64,000 nt of DNA from Basidiobolus meristosporus CBS 931.73. Lineage: Eukaryota > Fungi > Basidiobolomycota. Both the position numbers and the translations under genes were made by a program. Positions 14,377-28,829 of this stretch are shown here, piece by piece. Location of the stretch: positions 63,891-127,890 of the forward strand of contig MCFE01000209.1 in NCBI GenBank assembly GCA_002104905.1. The letters run 5' to 3'. The notes under the pieces are model-generated. The model searched no databases. It was not told the origin of the DNA and saw only the letters and a program-made list of their open reading frames with translations. Positions within the stretch are counted from its first letter, which is position 1. Every line of letters starts with the position of its first letter.

Positions 14377-17300
14377 TGTTGTTAAAGTTTGTATTTCCAC
14401 CTAAATAATCCACTAGCTTAGTCACTTACATCATCACCTTCAAATCCCAGAGAATACTGACCAAAATTCCTTGTTGGGATTTACTTAGAATATTTTCACC
14501 AAAATACCAGGTACCTAGAACATGAGAATTCTCAAAGTTGTCCAAACATCCCCAAACTTTGCACACATGCTCTTGGGACCTTTGTTAATCTATTCTGCGA
14601 GTCTGTAATGCCAAGACCATGTATAAGTATAAATACTACTTTTATATTCAATAAATCATTAAGTGAAAACCACATAATCTACTTGTTCTCCCAAACACTT
14701 CCAATATCTCCAAGACTCTTACAACAGGTTATGAGCCCCAAACTGTCACTCACTGCAATGTCTACTACTGCTATTACTGGAAATTTTCCCTCTGCTAAAA
14801 AGTTGGATGGATCTAACTACCAAGTGCAGATGGTGAAGATGAGGATGCTGCTCCAAGAAAGAGGCCTTTGGGATATTGTCATGGGAGAAGAATGCCCTCC
14901 TAAAAGTGTGGGAGAGGAAGCCTTAAAGTACCAGAAGAAAGAACAAAGTGCCTTTAACTGCATATGCCTTAATTTTAAGGACATATTGCTAATTCAATCC
15001 TCAAAAGCAAAAACAGCAAAGAATGCCTGGAAGGCATTAGAAGATATCTACCAGTCATGTTCAGCTGCTAAGAAAATGTATCTGAGATGAAAATTCTGCA
15101 CTACAAAGATGCTGCCAGCAGAAGAAATGAAAAATCTAATTAACAGAATTACCCGGTTGGTAGATGAGATGGAATCTGTGGGTGTACCAACTACAGATGA
15201 GGATATGATAGTTACCATCCTGAATAGCCTGACAGAGAAGTTTCAGGTCCGTGTATCAGCCCTAGAGTCCAGAACTGAAGATTTGACCTTAAACTACGTA
15301 TATGGAAGGCTCCTGGATGAACAATTAAGAAAATCAACACCAATATGAAAGACAAAGAAAATGTTTTAATAAGCAATAACAACCAACAAAGAAGGTACCC
15401 AAGACCCTACAAAGGCAGCAGCAACCTGTTATGCGACTATTGCAAAAGGAAAGGACACACATCACACCGGTGCTTCAAAAAGAAAGATAGTCAGCAGAAA
15501 AAGCCTGATTATGGAAATACCGCAACAACTGAAGATAGACTATTCATACCTGCACTAACTATAACCACAAACAAGAATTCTCAGATGTGATGAATTGACT
15601 CTGGAGCATTTCAACACCTTACGCACCAAAAAGAACTTTTTACCCAATATCATGAAATTACAATTAGGAAGGTTTTTATGGGTGACAATAGAACACTTGA
15701 TGCAGTGGGAGAAGGAACTATCCAAGTGAGCCCAAGAAGCTGTGAAGGAAGACATACAATGATATTTAAAGAAGTACTCTCTGTACCAGAAATAGCCAAG
15801 AACCTACTATCTGTAAGCAAGGCCACTGCAGAAGAACTCAGTTTCAGCTTTGACAATTCAGGATGCAAGATCACTGATCAAAATGGTTCCCATATTGCTT
15901 TGGGTATCAGAGATCAGAGTCTATACAAGTTGACTTATATTCTGTCATATTTGGAAGCCAATATAAGTAGTTTAAATGAAGAAGCACCAATGCTTTGGCA
16001 CAGGAGATTTAGGCACATCAATTTTGATTATTTGCGCAAAATGACCAAAGATCAGCTAATTTCTGGAGTGAAAATTGATCCCCCAGCTAATTTTGAGCAC
16101 TGTGAAGCCTGCATACATGAGAAACAAGCCAGACATCCGTTCAAGAGCTCTGGGTTAATAAAAACTAAGAAAAAATTAGATCTAATTTACTCAGATCTGT
16201 GTGGACCTATGCAAAATTTATCCTTAGGTGGGATGAAGTCTTTAATCACTGTGATTGATTAAATACTGGTAAAAAAATCAAGAAAATATGCTCTGACGAT
16301 GGTGGAGAATATACCTCAAATTCTTCATCCACACCTGCAAGATTCATGGGATAAAGCAAGAGACTACTGTACCATACTCCCCACAGCAAAATGGAGTAGC
16401 AGAATGTGCAAACCAATCAATAATCAATATGGCAAGATCTATGATCCATAATCAAAAATTATCCTATGATTTCTGGGAGGAATCCGCCGCCACTGATGTG
16501 TACCTTAAAAATAGGAGTTATAGCGGAATACTTTGTAATTATACTCCTTCTGAAGCATGGTATGGATACAGATGGAGTGCAGAACATCTAACAATATTTG
16601 GGTGTACAGCATATGCCAAGAAACTGCCCGGAAATCAGTCAAAATTTGAGCCAAAAAGTGTTAAATGCATATTTTTGGGCTACTGCAATCAGAGTAAAAT
16701 ATACAGACTCTACAACACCAAAGCAAAGAAGCTAATCAAGTCCAGGGATGTGTTGTTTGATGAGAATTCAAGATTTTCACAAAAAATGACATCAGATGAA
16801 GACAAAAATCTGATCTCAAATCCACCAATTGCCAGGATTGAATCAGAGCAAAACAATGAAAGTTTTTTCACTCCAGAGGACTCTACAACCGTGGTTTAGC
16901 CAGAATCAGTGCCCAGGAATATCCCAGAAGTGATCATTCCAGTATCAAATGCCTGGAGATACAATTGGACAAGAAATAGCCCAAATTACTATATCAATGA
17001 GGGTACAAATTTAACCTATGCCTATTCAGTCCATATTGATGAACCCCAGACTGTAAAAGAGGCCCTAAATAGCCCTCAGACAAAGCTTTGGAAATCTGCA
17101 ATGACTAAGGAATATCAGGCCCTGATGGAAAGTCAAACTTGTGACTTGGTCAAATTACCAATCAACCAAAAATCAATTGGATGCTGATGGGTCTTTAAGA
17201 CAAAATACATGGCTGATGGTACAATTGAGAGATACAAAGCAAGACTTGTAGCCAAAGGATACTCTCAAACAAAAGGACTTGACTATACTAAGACCTTTGC

Positions 17301-18983
17301 ACAGGTAGCCAAGTTTAATTGCATCAGATTAATATTGGCTATTGCAGCCAAATATAAGTTTTTTATTCATCAAATGGATGTAAAAACTGCAGTTTTGAAT
17401 GAAGAACTTGAGGATGTGTATATGGACCAGCCTGATGGGTTTGTTGACCAAGATAGCCCCCATTTGGTTGGCAAGCTTAAAAAGTCACTATATGGTCTCA
17501 AACAATCACCAAGAGCCTGGAATTGCAGGATAGATTCTTACTTGGAATCTTTGAGTTTCAAAAGGAGTAATGCTGACTATAGTATATACTATAAGCCAGA
17601 TAGAGCAAGTCCAGTTCTATTAGCTCTATATGTGGATGATCTTATTATAGCTGCCAATAATTTAGAGACATTGGAAGAGACTAAATCCAGCCTATCTAAG
17701 GAGTTCAAGATGTCCAACCTTAGAGAACTTTATTACCACTTAAGGATTAGGTTCTCCATACACAGAAGTACCCAGATTATCTCCCTAAGCCAATCCAAAT
17801 ATATCCAAGATATACTAAAGAAGTACCAAATAGAAGACTGTAAACTGGCAGCTACCCCAATGGAGACAAACCTTAACTTGGTCAAAACTCAACAGCAAAA
17901 CTCAACCAAGTCAAGTGAGCTTGGTGCCATCTGAAAGCCCTGACTTTCCTTATTAATCTAAGGTAAGCAGTCTGATGTATATCATGCTTGGAACACGTCC
18001 AGAAATCTTATATTCAGTGGGGGTTGTCAGCCAACATAATCAGAACTATGGATCTGATCATATTGCAGCAGTTAAGTGGATTTGTAGATACCTAAAAGGA
18101 GCAGCTGATATCTGCTTAAGATACACTTATAAGGATTCAGAACAGGATCTTGTGGGATACTCTGATGCTGATTGGGGATGAAATTTAGAAGACAGAAGAT
18201 CCACCACAGGATACACTGTTCTTTACTGTAAAGGAGCAATTTCATGGAACTCACAAAAGCAACCAACTGTAGCACTTTCCACCTCAGAGGCAGAGTATAT
18301 GGCAGTCCGTAAAGCTACAAAAGAAACAATGTGGTTAAGAGAACTTTTTATAGATTTAGGCCTATGTCAAAATATGTCTATTACTTTATTTCAAGATAAT
18401 CAAGGATATATACAACTAGGTAGAAATCCAACTTTTCATGCTAGAACCAAGCACATAGATATTAGACATCATTTCATACGTGAAGCTATAGAGAATAACT
18501 TAGTTAGCTTAGCTTACTGTCTTACAGATGAAATGATTGCAGACATATTTACCAAACCATTAGCTGGAGACAAGTTTGAATATCTTAGGTCAAAATTAGG
18601 ACTAGTCAGTGTGAACATTTAGCTGAGTGGGAGTGTTGTAAAGATTTGTATTTCCACCTAAATACTCACCCAACTTAGTCACTTAGATCATCACCTTCAA
18701 ATCCTAGAAAATACTGACCAAAATTGCTTGTCAGGATTGACTTGGAATATTTTCACCAAAACACCAAGTACCCAGAACATTAAAATTCTCAAAGTTGTCC
18801 AAACAGCCCCAAACTTTGCACACATGCTCTTGGGACCTTCCTCAACCTATTCTATGTGTTTGTAATGCCAAGACCAGGTAAAAGTATAAATACTACTTTT
18901 ACATTCAATAAATCATTAAGTGATAACCACATAATCTACTTGTTCTCCCAATCACTTCCAATATCTCCAAGACTCTTACAACA
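14377..18983 (+). mobile_element. Ty1/copia family D element D1 (both LTRs, internally deleted and disrupted), nested in gypsy C
   Basis: LTRs 14377-14726 and 18634-18983 (TGTTG...CAACA); PBS GGTTATGAGCCC; PPT GAGTGGGAG; gag with CCHC (CDYCKRKGHTSHRC), GAG-pre-integrase, RT (HQMDVKTA, LYVDDL) and RNase H (RTKHIDIRHHFIRE) broken by stops; part of the integrase is missing relative to D2; flanks TGAAA/ATAAA match imperfectly. Confidence 0.95.
14727..14738 (+). promoter_or_regulatory. Copia primer-binding site (GGTTATGAGCCC; internal tRNA-iMet half-molecule type)
   Basis: Immediately 3' of the 5' LTR; the same motif occurs at 48594-48605, with variants at 53072-53083 (minus) and ~35611-35625 (minus). 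Confidence 0.8.
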
Positions 18984-20876
18984 ATAAAGAGACCTTTCTC
19001 CTCCATGGTAAGAGTAGTCCCAATGGCTAACTCCATGAGCTTCTCTTCTGTGAGTCTGACTTTGTCATCTTTGTGCAAAGGCACCATTTGAGGATTGTTG
19101 TGGCCAGATGGTGAGATTCCAGTAGATACGGGCTTTGCTTTCAATGCAACTGGCTTATACTTGGTATTTGTCTTGCTTATTGTCAAGGGAATGCAGTGTT
19201 CATCATAAAACAAAATATCCTCATGAACCTGAATATTTTGTAATGGAATTGAGCCTGCATTTCTTGGATTGTTCTCTTCTGCTGCACAAAAGGTTGCCCT
19301 TTGTTTTTGATTGTCAGAAGTGATTGTCAGCCATAAGCTTCCATCAGGTCTGTTATCAGCTTGTAGAAGAGATTTTCTCTTATAAGGTTGTCCTAACAAT
19401 ACCTCAAAAGTGGGTCCATTGGCAACAATAAAAAAGAAAGAAGTAACCCTAATTCCTCCAATTTTGATTGGTAAAGAGTAACCAAGTCCAAGCATCTTCT
19501 CTGTTGCACCTGTAGCAGTTCTCATATTCCAGTCAACTTCTGTCAATGGTAATTTGATTTTTTCAAAAGTCATAGCAGCAATAGCATTGATTTCTGATCC
19601 AGAATCAAAAACACAGTCCACTTCAACATTGTTGATTGTAGCAGCATAGCTTCCTGTTGTGATAGAGTAAAAGGCTTTTTCCACTTCAAATTGTAGTTGT
19701 TCACTTGACAACATTGTTGACAACTGTTCTTGATAATTCTTCAGGGTATTTTTGTTCATAGGCTTAACTATCTCTGGTAGTAGTTGACTGGGATTGGTGA
19801 TAGTGGTGAACATTTCTTGATTTGTAAGTTGTGGAAATGGAGATTTCCAGAATTTGTTGATAACTTTCTGTGTAATTGCAGCAGTGTCACACTTAGATTG
19901 AGATTGCAAGTGTTCATTTTGGATTTTGATGTGTCTGGCTGTACCAATATTTCAGCAACTGGCTGATTTCTCTTGTTGGTACACACCTTTTGAGGACTGC
20001 TCTCCATAGAGACAAATTTTCTCTTATCAAAAAGGTAATTAAATTCTTCAACTTCCTCTTTTTCTGTTATATATTCTTGGACCTACCCTTATGGGTCTGA
20101 TATTGTGAGTATATAATGTTCATTGCTTGGAATTTTTGCAGTCTTTAGGATTTGAATAAAATTTGATGTTGTGGGGCTTTTACTTGATTCTTCTTGAGCA
20201 AATATATAGGACCGCATTCCACTGTAACCTCTGTTGATAGGCAACGGGTTTCTAGCAATATCACATATCTTCCCATAACAATCAATCATGACTTTATAAC
20301 TGTCAATATCAATATTCAATATTTGACAACCATAACAGCTATGTTCAGCAGATTCACAGCACACACAATACTTGGTTTGCTGTGGATAGTTACTGGTTGT
20401 TTTGGGATTTTCTGGTCTTGCCTTGTTGATGCTTGATGATGGTACACTTTGAGAGTCCAACTTGAGCATGAGTTTTCCAAAAGCATCAATTAATTCATTG
20501 ACCCAATCATTTTGTGGGTTATTTGTACAATGAAGAATTTGTTTAGCTAGAGTGGATATCCTCATTTGAGTATTAATGGAATCCATGACTTGTCTCCCTG
20601 ATTGATAGTTGAACATCATTTGTTTAACATTGTTGTAGGAGCTTGTAGCAAGAACTTGGTGGCTAATGGCATTATGTATCTCAGGAGGCATATCCATCAG
20701 AAATTTGTTTCTTTGATAAAATCTTGGAATTCCAAAAGCTGCTTCAACATGCCTTGCTTTTGACTAGATCCTGAGGCCTTTTGATTTATAGGCTTTGGCA
20801 AAATATTACATTTACTCCCTCCCAAGCTGGGATAGGTTTTTTGGTGGGCTTTATCTTTACGCACTGTTGTTGTGCT

Positions 20877-23800
20877 TGTTAAGATCTGCCGCTTGAATGT
20901 TTAAGTTAGATCAGTTTTTAGCCAAATCAATCAGTATATGTTTAGGTTATCAGTATATCAGTATTATCTATGAAATCAGTAGCATTAGTCAGCAAATGAA
21001 TCAGCAGCTCCTTAGCAGACAGAAATAGATATATTAAGTAGGATCTTATTGGGTGAGGATGATGCAATCAAATGAGTCATCAGCCACAACCTACATTAGG
21101 AAAAACAATTAGTCAGCAATTGATCTGGCAAAATGTATATAAGGAGCTGCTGGAACCTCAATAAAAATCAGTTCAAGTTTTAGTGAATACAATACTAGCT
21201 AAACTCCCTATTCCTCTACAACTCTTATACCAAGACTTGTAACATTGGTAGCAGCAATAACCAGAAACCTCCCTTTTGAAGAAAGAAGAAACCACCCTCA
21301 AAATGTCGGACAATCAAGAATGGAAGAATGCCATGCAGCAAATCCTGGCCCAATAGCAACAGTTACTCCAGATCCTCAGCCAACAGCAACAAGGAATGTC
21401 TACCATGGCTCAGAGCCAGCAAAGCCCTGTCAAGAGCAACTTCAGTGTGAAGGTCAACTGGTAACATGGCAGAGTCAATGAAAACCTGGGAACTTGACTC
21501 TTTCAGATTGAAGAAGCTTTTAACGCTAAAAGAATTGCTCCAGAGAGCAAGTTGCATTATGCAGCTTCTTACCTGGCAGATGCAGCTTTACAGTGGCACC
21601 ACAACAAGATCAGGTCAGCCACTATGATGGGATGCTCTATAATCCCTACCTGGGATGAGTTTGTGTTGGAAATTCAGGATGCTTTTGAACCTCCACACCA
21701 GCAGACACTACTAAGAAGGAAGTTAAAGACACTCAGATAGAAAGGAATGGTTCAAGAATACATCTACAAGTACAGATGTCTACTTGGACAAGCTGAAAGA
21801 ATGGACCTTGGATCAAGTAGAATACTTTATTGATAGGTTGAAAGAAAGAACTTGCAAGGAAGTGAATTATTGAAGACCTCAGACTATTGAAGAAGCCTTC
21901 AAGATTGCCATTGACTATGACTCAGCTATGTTTGGAGTTGGGAAGCCTACAGTGACTAATCAGAAAGGCTACAATCATTATGGAAGAAGACAGTCAGAAG
22001 CAGTACCAATGGATATAGATGCTATGCAGAAGAATCCTGCCTTGGAAGAATGTAAGAAGAAAGGACTTTGCTTCAATTGCCACCAGCAAGGACATATTGC
22101 AAAGTACTGCCCTCAGAGAAGAAATGGACACCAGCCATCAAGAACCTTTAACCGTATTGAGGCCATGGAGCATAGTAACATGGAGGATGAACTTGAAGAA
22201 GACTCAGAGCTCACCTTCCACATGACAAAAAAATACCTATCACAGATGACCTCAAACTCAGGAAAGCTATTGTACTTGAATGGAGTAATCAATGGAGTAC
22301 CTGCCAAGATCATGATTGACTCAGGAGCATTGCATGAGTACATGTCAGAGCAACTTGCTTTGAAAGCTGGAATCAACTTGGAACCTACCAAATCAACTTC
22401 AGTCTCCACAGCTGATGGGAACTCCCACATAATCAACCGTATTACCCAGCCAGTAAGAATGAAGATCAATGACTATGAAGAAGACCTACAGGCTTATATA
22501 TTTGGGAACTGCAAGTTTGACCTTGTACTTGGAAAAACCTGGCTATTTTGTCGTAATCCATCAATCAACTGGAGAACCCATGCTACTCAGATCCAAAAAG
22601 ACAACAAGACCTTTGAGCTATTACCTGCCAGGCTGGATTTTAACTTAGTCAAATCCAGTATGTGTGAGACAAGTGAACTTAGTAAGACCCAGTTCTGTAG
22701 AGCACTTAGAAAAGGTACACAGTTGTTCCTCATGGCGGTATTACAGGGGGATTCCTCTACCCCAGCACCCCAGCAGGTCCAGACTCTCTTGAAGAAGTAT
22801 TCAGCCGTGTTTCCAGATGAGCTTGTAAGCCTACCACCAGTCAGAGATGTGGACCATGCCATTGACACAGGAGATAGCCCTCCAGTAAGCAAGACACCTT
22901 ACAGAATGAGTCCATTGGAATTGGAGGAAATGAAGAGACAAATTGATCAGCTATTGGAGTGTTACAAGTCTTGGTATAAGAGTTGTAGAGGAATAGGGAG
23001 TTTAGCTAGTATTGTATTCACTAAAACTTGAACTGATTTTTATTGAGGTTCCAGCAGCTCCTTATATACATTTTGCCAGATCAATTGCTGACTAGTTGTA
23101 TTTCCTAATGTAGGTTGTGGCTGATGACTCATTTAATTGCATCATCCTCACCCAATAAGATCCTACTTAATATATCTATTTCTGTCTGATAAGGATCTGC
23201 TGATTCATTTGCTGACTAATGCTACTGATTTCATAGATAATACTGATATACTGATAACCTAAACATATACTAATTGATTTGACTAAAAACTGATCTAACT
23301 TAAACATTCAAGCGGCAGATCATAACATTCTCCCCTACTAAAGTTGAGAGGGTTCTCCTGAATATCTTTTCTTGTGATACCAATATCTTGATGGTTCAGT
23401 ATTATCAGCAAGTCTTGCAAGCTTGAGTCTGTCCCTATGCACTAAGTCTTCCTGGATATTGCCTTGTTTGTCCACCAGTTGGTAAGTTGCAAATGGACAT
23501 TCTCTGATGATCCTGAATGGTCCTGTCCATTGGGGCTCAAACTTCTTCCAAGTGTTGTTTCTTAGCAATACAAAGTTCCCAACTGTCAATGCTTCTGGTG
23601 CTGTAGTCTTATCAAATCTCTGCTTCATCTTTTCTGCACTTTGAGATACTTTGGTCTGTGCCTCTTGATGTCTTTGTTCCAGTTGCTGGTGTCTACTTGG
23701 CTGACTGAGTTCATCTTCTAAGGTGTCTGTATGTTTTGATTGTGTGAGATCTCCTGGAATCCTTGGTTCACATTCATAAACTAAGTAAAATGGTGATTAC

Positions 23801-26182
23801 TGGGTGGTGTTGTGTACTCTTACTCTGCATGCAAAGAGTGCTTGGTCTATATACTCATCCCATCTACTGACAACTCCATTTGCATACTTGGTCAGCATTT
23901 TTCCAAATAATCCATTAAACCGCTCAGTGACTCCATTAGTTCTGGGGTGATATGCCAAGGTTTTCAAGTGTCTAATCTGCTGCATTTCCAGGTAAGCCTC
24001 TAATGTCTTTGCCATAAAGCTTGCACCTCTATTGGATAAGATCCCCACTGGCATCCAAACTTCATCAGGATCTTGTGGTAAATGAAACTTGCAACTTCTT
24101 GTTCACTGGCTATTGGTACAGCTTTAGCAACTGGCCATTTAGTGGCATGGTCAATTGCTGCTAGGATCCAACGGTTGCATTTCCTGGTAGTTGGCAGTCT
24201 TCCAATAAAGTCAATTCCCCATCTCTCAAATGGTCTTACAGGCTCCAAAGGGAAGAGTTTGGCAGTTCTTTGTGGCTGGGCTTGATTGATTTGGCAGTTT
24301 GGACATGTTTTCACTAGCTTCTCAATATCTTGTTTCATTCTGGGCCACCATGCTCTGGCTTTCACAAGGCTATAGGTTCCTTCAATCCCAAGATGTCCAT
24401 ATCCATTGTGTAGCTTATGTATTAAATCCAGGCAAGAAACATAAGGGCAATAGGCAATACGGCTTCCATCAACAATTTGGTAGAGTGTTTCATCCTGTAC
24501 AACAAATTTGCTGGCTTCATCACGGATTATCTTCTTGATATCTTCATCCACCTCATTAGGAATGGCTTGGTCATCCAAGTACTTTGGTAATAGGCTAGGC
24601 CAATCTGATTCATGCACCAAGTTGAGTTGTGCAACTTGATCTAATCTTGATAAGGCATCAGCAACTGTGTTATTTTTTCCAGGGCAGTAGGCAATCTCCA
24701 GGTCAAATTGCTGAATGTATTCACTCCATCTTGTCATTGTTCTAGAGAGTACCTTCTGAGTAATATATACTTGAGGGAGGGATGATCAGTCTTGACAGTG
24801 CATTTGACTCCCTCAATATAGCATCTCCATCTCTTCAAACAGTGTATTTTAGCAAGCATCTCCTTCTCATGAACTGGATAGTTTTGTTCTGCTGAGTTCA
24901 GTTTCTTGGATTCAAAGGCAACAGGGTAGTCCTTTCCCTTGTGTTCTTGGCTCAGCACTCCACCAATTGCATAATCTGAGGCATCTGTGCACAGAGTGAA
25001 CTCTTTTCTGAAGTCTGGTATTCTTAAGCTTGGCAGCTTAGCAAGTTCATTCTTGAGCGTCTGGAAGGCAGTCTCACAAGCTATGTCCCACTCGTAGGCA
25101 TTGTCTTTCTTGAGGATATCAGTTAAAGGGGCTGCAATACTTGCAAAAGACTTGACAAATCTCCAATAATAGGAAACCATTCCAAGGAATGATCTGAGTT
25201 CTGATATGCTATGGTGCTGCTTCAAATTCTTGATTACTTCCACCTTCTTGGGGTCTAAGGTTACTCTTGTGCTAGTCACTATGTGTCCCAGATATTCTAC
25301 GTGTTCCTTGAAGAATTCACACTTGGGTAGCTTGCCATAAAGCTTGTTCTCTCTTAGCTTCTTCAAGATCTTTTCAATGTGCACCAAGTGATCCTCTTCT
25401 GTCTTGCTGTATATCAGTATATCATCTAGGTAAATTATCACAAACTTGTCCAAGTACTCCTGAAAGACAGTCTGCATCAGCGTCATGAATGTTGCAGGGG
25501 CATTAGTGAGGCCAAAACTTATGACTAAGTACTTGTAATGTCCATATCTGGTCCTAAATGCTGTCTTGGGAATATCTTCTGGTTTTGCCCTAATTTGGTT
25601 GTATCCTGACATGAGTTCAATCTTGCTGAAAATAGTGGCTCCATTAAGTTGGTCCAAAAGCTCATCAATCCAAGGTATGGGGTACTTATTCTTGATGGTA
25701 ACTGAGTTCAGGGCTCTGTAGTCAATGCACATCCTAAGAGTTCCATCCTTCTTTTTCACAAAAAGCACTGGTGCTCCCCAGGGTGACTTGCTGGGCCTGA
25801 TGTATCCTTGCTCATGTTATGATCTGCCGCTTGAATGTTTAAGTTAGATCAGTTTTTAGCCAAATCAATCAGTATATGTTTAGGTCATCAGTATATCAGT
25901 ATTATCTATGAAATCAGTAGCATTAGTCAGCAAATGAATCAGCAGATCCTTATCTGACAGAAATAGATATATTAAGTAGGATCTTATTGGGTGAAGATGA
26001 TACAATCAAATGAGTCATCAGCCACAACCTACATTAGAAAATACAATTAGTCAGCAATTAATCTGGCAAAATGTATATAAAGAGTGGCTGGAACCTCAAT
26101 AAAAATCAGTTCAAGTTTTAGTGAATACAATACTAGCTAAACTCCCTATTCCTCTACAACTCTTATACCAAGACTTGTAACA
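20877..26182 (+). mobile_element. Ty3/gypsy family A element A1 with its RT-RNase H-integrase half inverted
   Basis: 5' LTR 20877-21244, PBS TGGTAGCAG, and gag-CCHC-protease ORF 21928-22959 (CFNCHQQGHIAKYC, IMIDSGA) on +; antisense LTR 22960-23327; RT (YLDDILIYS), RNase H and integrase on - (23338-25814); sense LTR 25815-26182. Confidence 0.92.
22960..23327 (-). repeat. Family A LTR in antisense orientation at the inversion breakpoint
   Basis: Near-identical reverse complement of 20877-21244 and 25815-26182; PPT AGGGGAGAA (minus) at 23328-23336. Confidence 0.92.
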
Positions 26183-27176
26183 ATACTCTGGGCAGTGTTT
26201 CTCACTTCTACAGCAGTGTTCTGACCTTCTGTTGACTAATGGGCTTATTGACTTTTATAGGAAGTTTTCCTTAGTTGGAAGTCACTTTTCTTTCTGCAAA
26301 AATATTTCCTAAAATAGAAATTTTGAACTCCCTGTTAGCCTAAAGGGTGTGTTGTAGAAGTCTCCAAAGGGGTCATTAGACCTCAAGGGGTGCCTTCAGA
26401 GTAAAGGGGCTTCTTGTAGTGGTCTCTAAAGTGGACATTACACTAATGGGGTGCCTAAAGGGGTCTCTAAAGGGGCATCTATAGGGGTGTCTTCAGAGTA
26501 AATGGGTTTCTTAGAGGACACTTCTCCAATAGAAAAGTGCTAGTTTCTTGTAGAACTTGGATTGGATTCTTGTGAGCTTTGCAGTCTCTTTACCAATTTA
26601 GTACTGATCAAAGTCAGAATACTCTACAGTGCAAGTGATGCAGAAGAAGTCTTGTAACCTTTACACTTGTAATTGTAGCGTGGAGATTTGGGAAAGAGAG
26701 GCTCTCCTTTATTTTTCAGCTGGGGAAGTCATATATATGAAATTTCTGAAGGATCAAAATTTTTGGGCAATTGCGCAAGCAATACAGATGATAAAAAGCT
26801 AAATCTTGCAGTGGTGCAGATTGGACATAGGTGCAGCACCTGTGAAAATGTCATGGGATTTGATTGGCTGGCTTGAAAGTTACACGCAATCAAAGTCACC
26901 ATAGTAATCCTAGCAATATTGGCCTAGTATATATAATAATTGGACTCTCTTGGTCATAACTCCTTAAGTACTGCTTCAAATGAGCTGTAATTTGAAAAAT
27001 GTGTTGGCTACTGCGCTTTCTGTATGACATAATATTATTGGGTGTATTGCTTGTCAGGGTCTGGAGTACTTGTCTTTCAAAGTTGGAATTTCTTGATCTT
27101 TCAAAATCAAAATAAAGAAACAAGAGCAATATTGGTTTTGAGGTATTATAGTGATGGAATACTTTCCATTACCACA
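26183..27176 (-). repeat. LTR-B copy, truncated by the family A LTR; candidate 5' LTR of gypsy C
   Basis: Aligns with 9550-10768 except for its first ~170 bp; same orientation as the 3' LTR; ends CCATTACCACA. Confidence 0.75.
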
Positions 27177-27633
27177 GCTCCTGTGGCTTGTAGCCTGTCA
27201 CAAAAATGGATGGCACTATCATGGTCCACTGTCAATCTGGCACTAAAAGTGCTTTGTATTGATCTTTCTTTAGGGATAGTATTAAATATAGTGCCAGATA
27301 GTACCAGTGGACCAATATACTGCCACTCATTTTTGTGACATACTACAAGCCACAGGAGCTAGATTTAGAGCGCCAGGTGTATTGAGTACCAGATGCATAT
27401 CATCAATCCTTTGGTGTACTTACACCTCCAGCATAACATTGATCCACAGAAACCTGTCAAAAAATGGATTTTCTCCTGCATCATAGGTGAAACATAGGGG
27501 CTGCTTTGCATGAAGATGAAGAGCTATGTTTCACACTCTGTGGCCAAGTGTAGGCTCACTTGGCCTCTCTGGCACACTATGGGATTACTTGGGACTCATG
27601 GCTCAATGTGGCACTAACCAACTGAACAAGTCT
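27177..27633. mobile_element. Truncated PHIS-family foldback element (left arm cut by LTR-B)
   Basis: Aligns with 46882-47612, with the central loop in the opposite orientation; right TIR variant ...GAACAAGTCT followed by AAT. Confidence 0.8.
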
Positions 27634-28829
27634 AATATATTACGTAATATATCAGTAGGGCAAAGTGGCTTCCAAGATCAATATACACAGGACTCATCCA
27701 GGCAGCAGTTTCAAAGTATCAGACAAAGGGTAAGTGAATACTTTGAGGATTCCAAAGGTGAGCTTCAAGAGGAAGAATACAGACAGCAAGCAACAGCGTC
27801 TAGATTGTGCCAGCACACCTTGCTGGATTCCTTACCATCCCTTGCAACTTCAGCACACCAGCACACATCAGTCCAAACTATAGCAACATCCTTCACAAGA
27901 GCACCCTGCATTGAGTCAACAAATGTTGGGTCAGCACATGCACTTCAAAGCAAAACCAACCAAACTTGCCAAACAGCTCAAAAAGACACAAGTCCATTTG
28001 AGCAGGCCAAGTTGCATCAACAAGCAGCATCACATTGAACTCAGCCAAGGGCCATGCCAGCGCATCAAGTTGCATCTGTGTATGCCATTACACCTGACCA
28101 TCAGCAACTAACTTCTGGTGAACTGACTGATAATGACCCAAATGAAGTGCCTCCACCACCAGAGCCTTTGGCAAGTGAAAGAACACATCATTGTGTAGCA
28201 CTGCAGGCCAGCTCAGTTGCATCATCTTGAACAATTCAATGCAGCCAAGCTGCAGCATTGCACTGATCAACTTGGAGGCAAAATAGAAGATGATGCAACT
28301 GCATTGAATTGCTATTATTTGTCATGATCTAAACAACTCATTTTTTTTGCAATCCACATTGCGCCATTTCAAATCAGTGATTGCTAAATTTTTGATGTAA
28401 GCAATATCAAGGTTGTCTCACATTTGAGGCAGGACTCCTAAAAATAAACACCCTGCATATGTATACCTCATCTGTGGCACCAGTGCAGCCATTTGATCTC
28501 ATTTGCACCTATACAATTGGTTACATGCTAGCTATGACACATTGTTCAGTCACTAGAATCAGGGATCTACCTGCTTAATGGGCAAAATGGGATATTTGAT
28601 GGCAAATCAGGTAGCTTGTGTATTGGTCAAAGAGCATATTGGGGGCAGACAGCTTCAGGATACTTTTGGATCAATTGACCACTGAGTTACCATCTAATTG
28701 GAGTGAAGGTAACAAAGATGGTAAGTATCAGTGTAGTTTATAGAGTGATACACATTTATTTCCATTTACATTAAAGAAATATATCCAAATACCTGATTTT
28801 TCCTACCACAATAGTGGTATCCAATTGCA

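Larger units (their letters stand above)
9550..20876 (-). mobile_element. Ty3/gypsy family C element (gag, protease, RT, RNase H, integrase, 3' LTR), degenerate, hosting nested insertions
   Basis: Minus-strand gag-like ORF 20089-20697, protease CVFDSGSEINAI (18905-19909), RT FIQDVQHLNKVT and PFLDDIAVK (13655-14318), RNase H VSVDSSEIGVGG (13250-13522), integrase GHKGLTSTY...SCIPCQRR and GYTPFFLY (11198-11857). PPT AGGGGAGACT at 10769-10778 (minus) abuts LTR-B. Confidence 0.9.

Noticed and set aside
23338-23628. Chromodomain at the end of the gypsy integrases (families A and C)
   Set aside because: Both end shortly after the GPF/Y module, and no chromodomain motif is visible.
27526-28038. 170-aa Gln/Ser/Thr-rich ORF
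   Set aside because: It begins inside a foldback arm in CpG-depleted DNA and has no recognisable motif; it may be a TE remnant but I cannot support a call.
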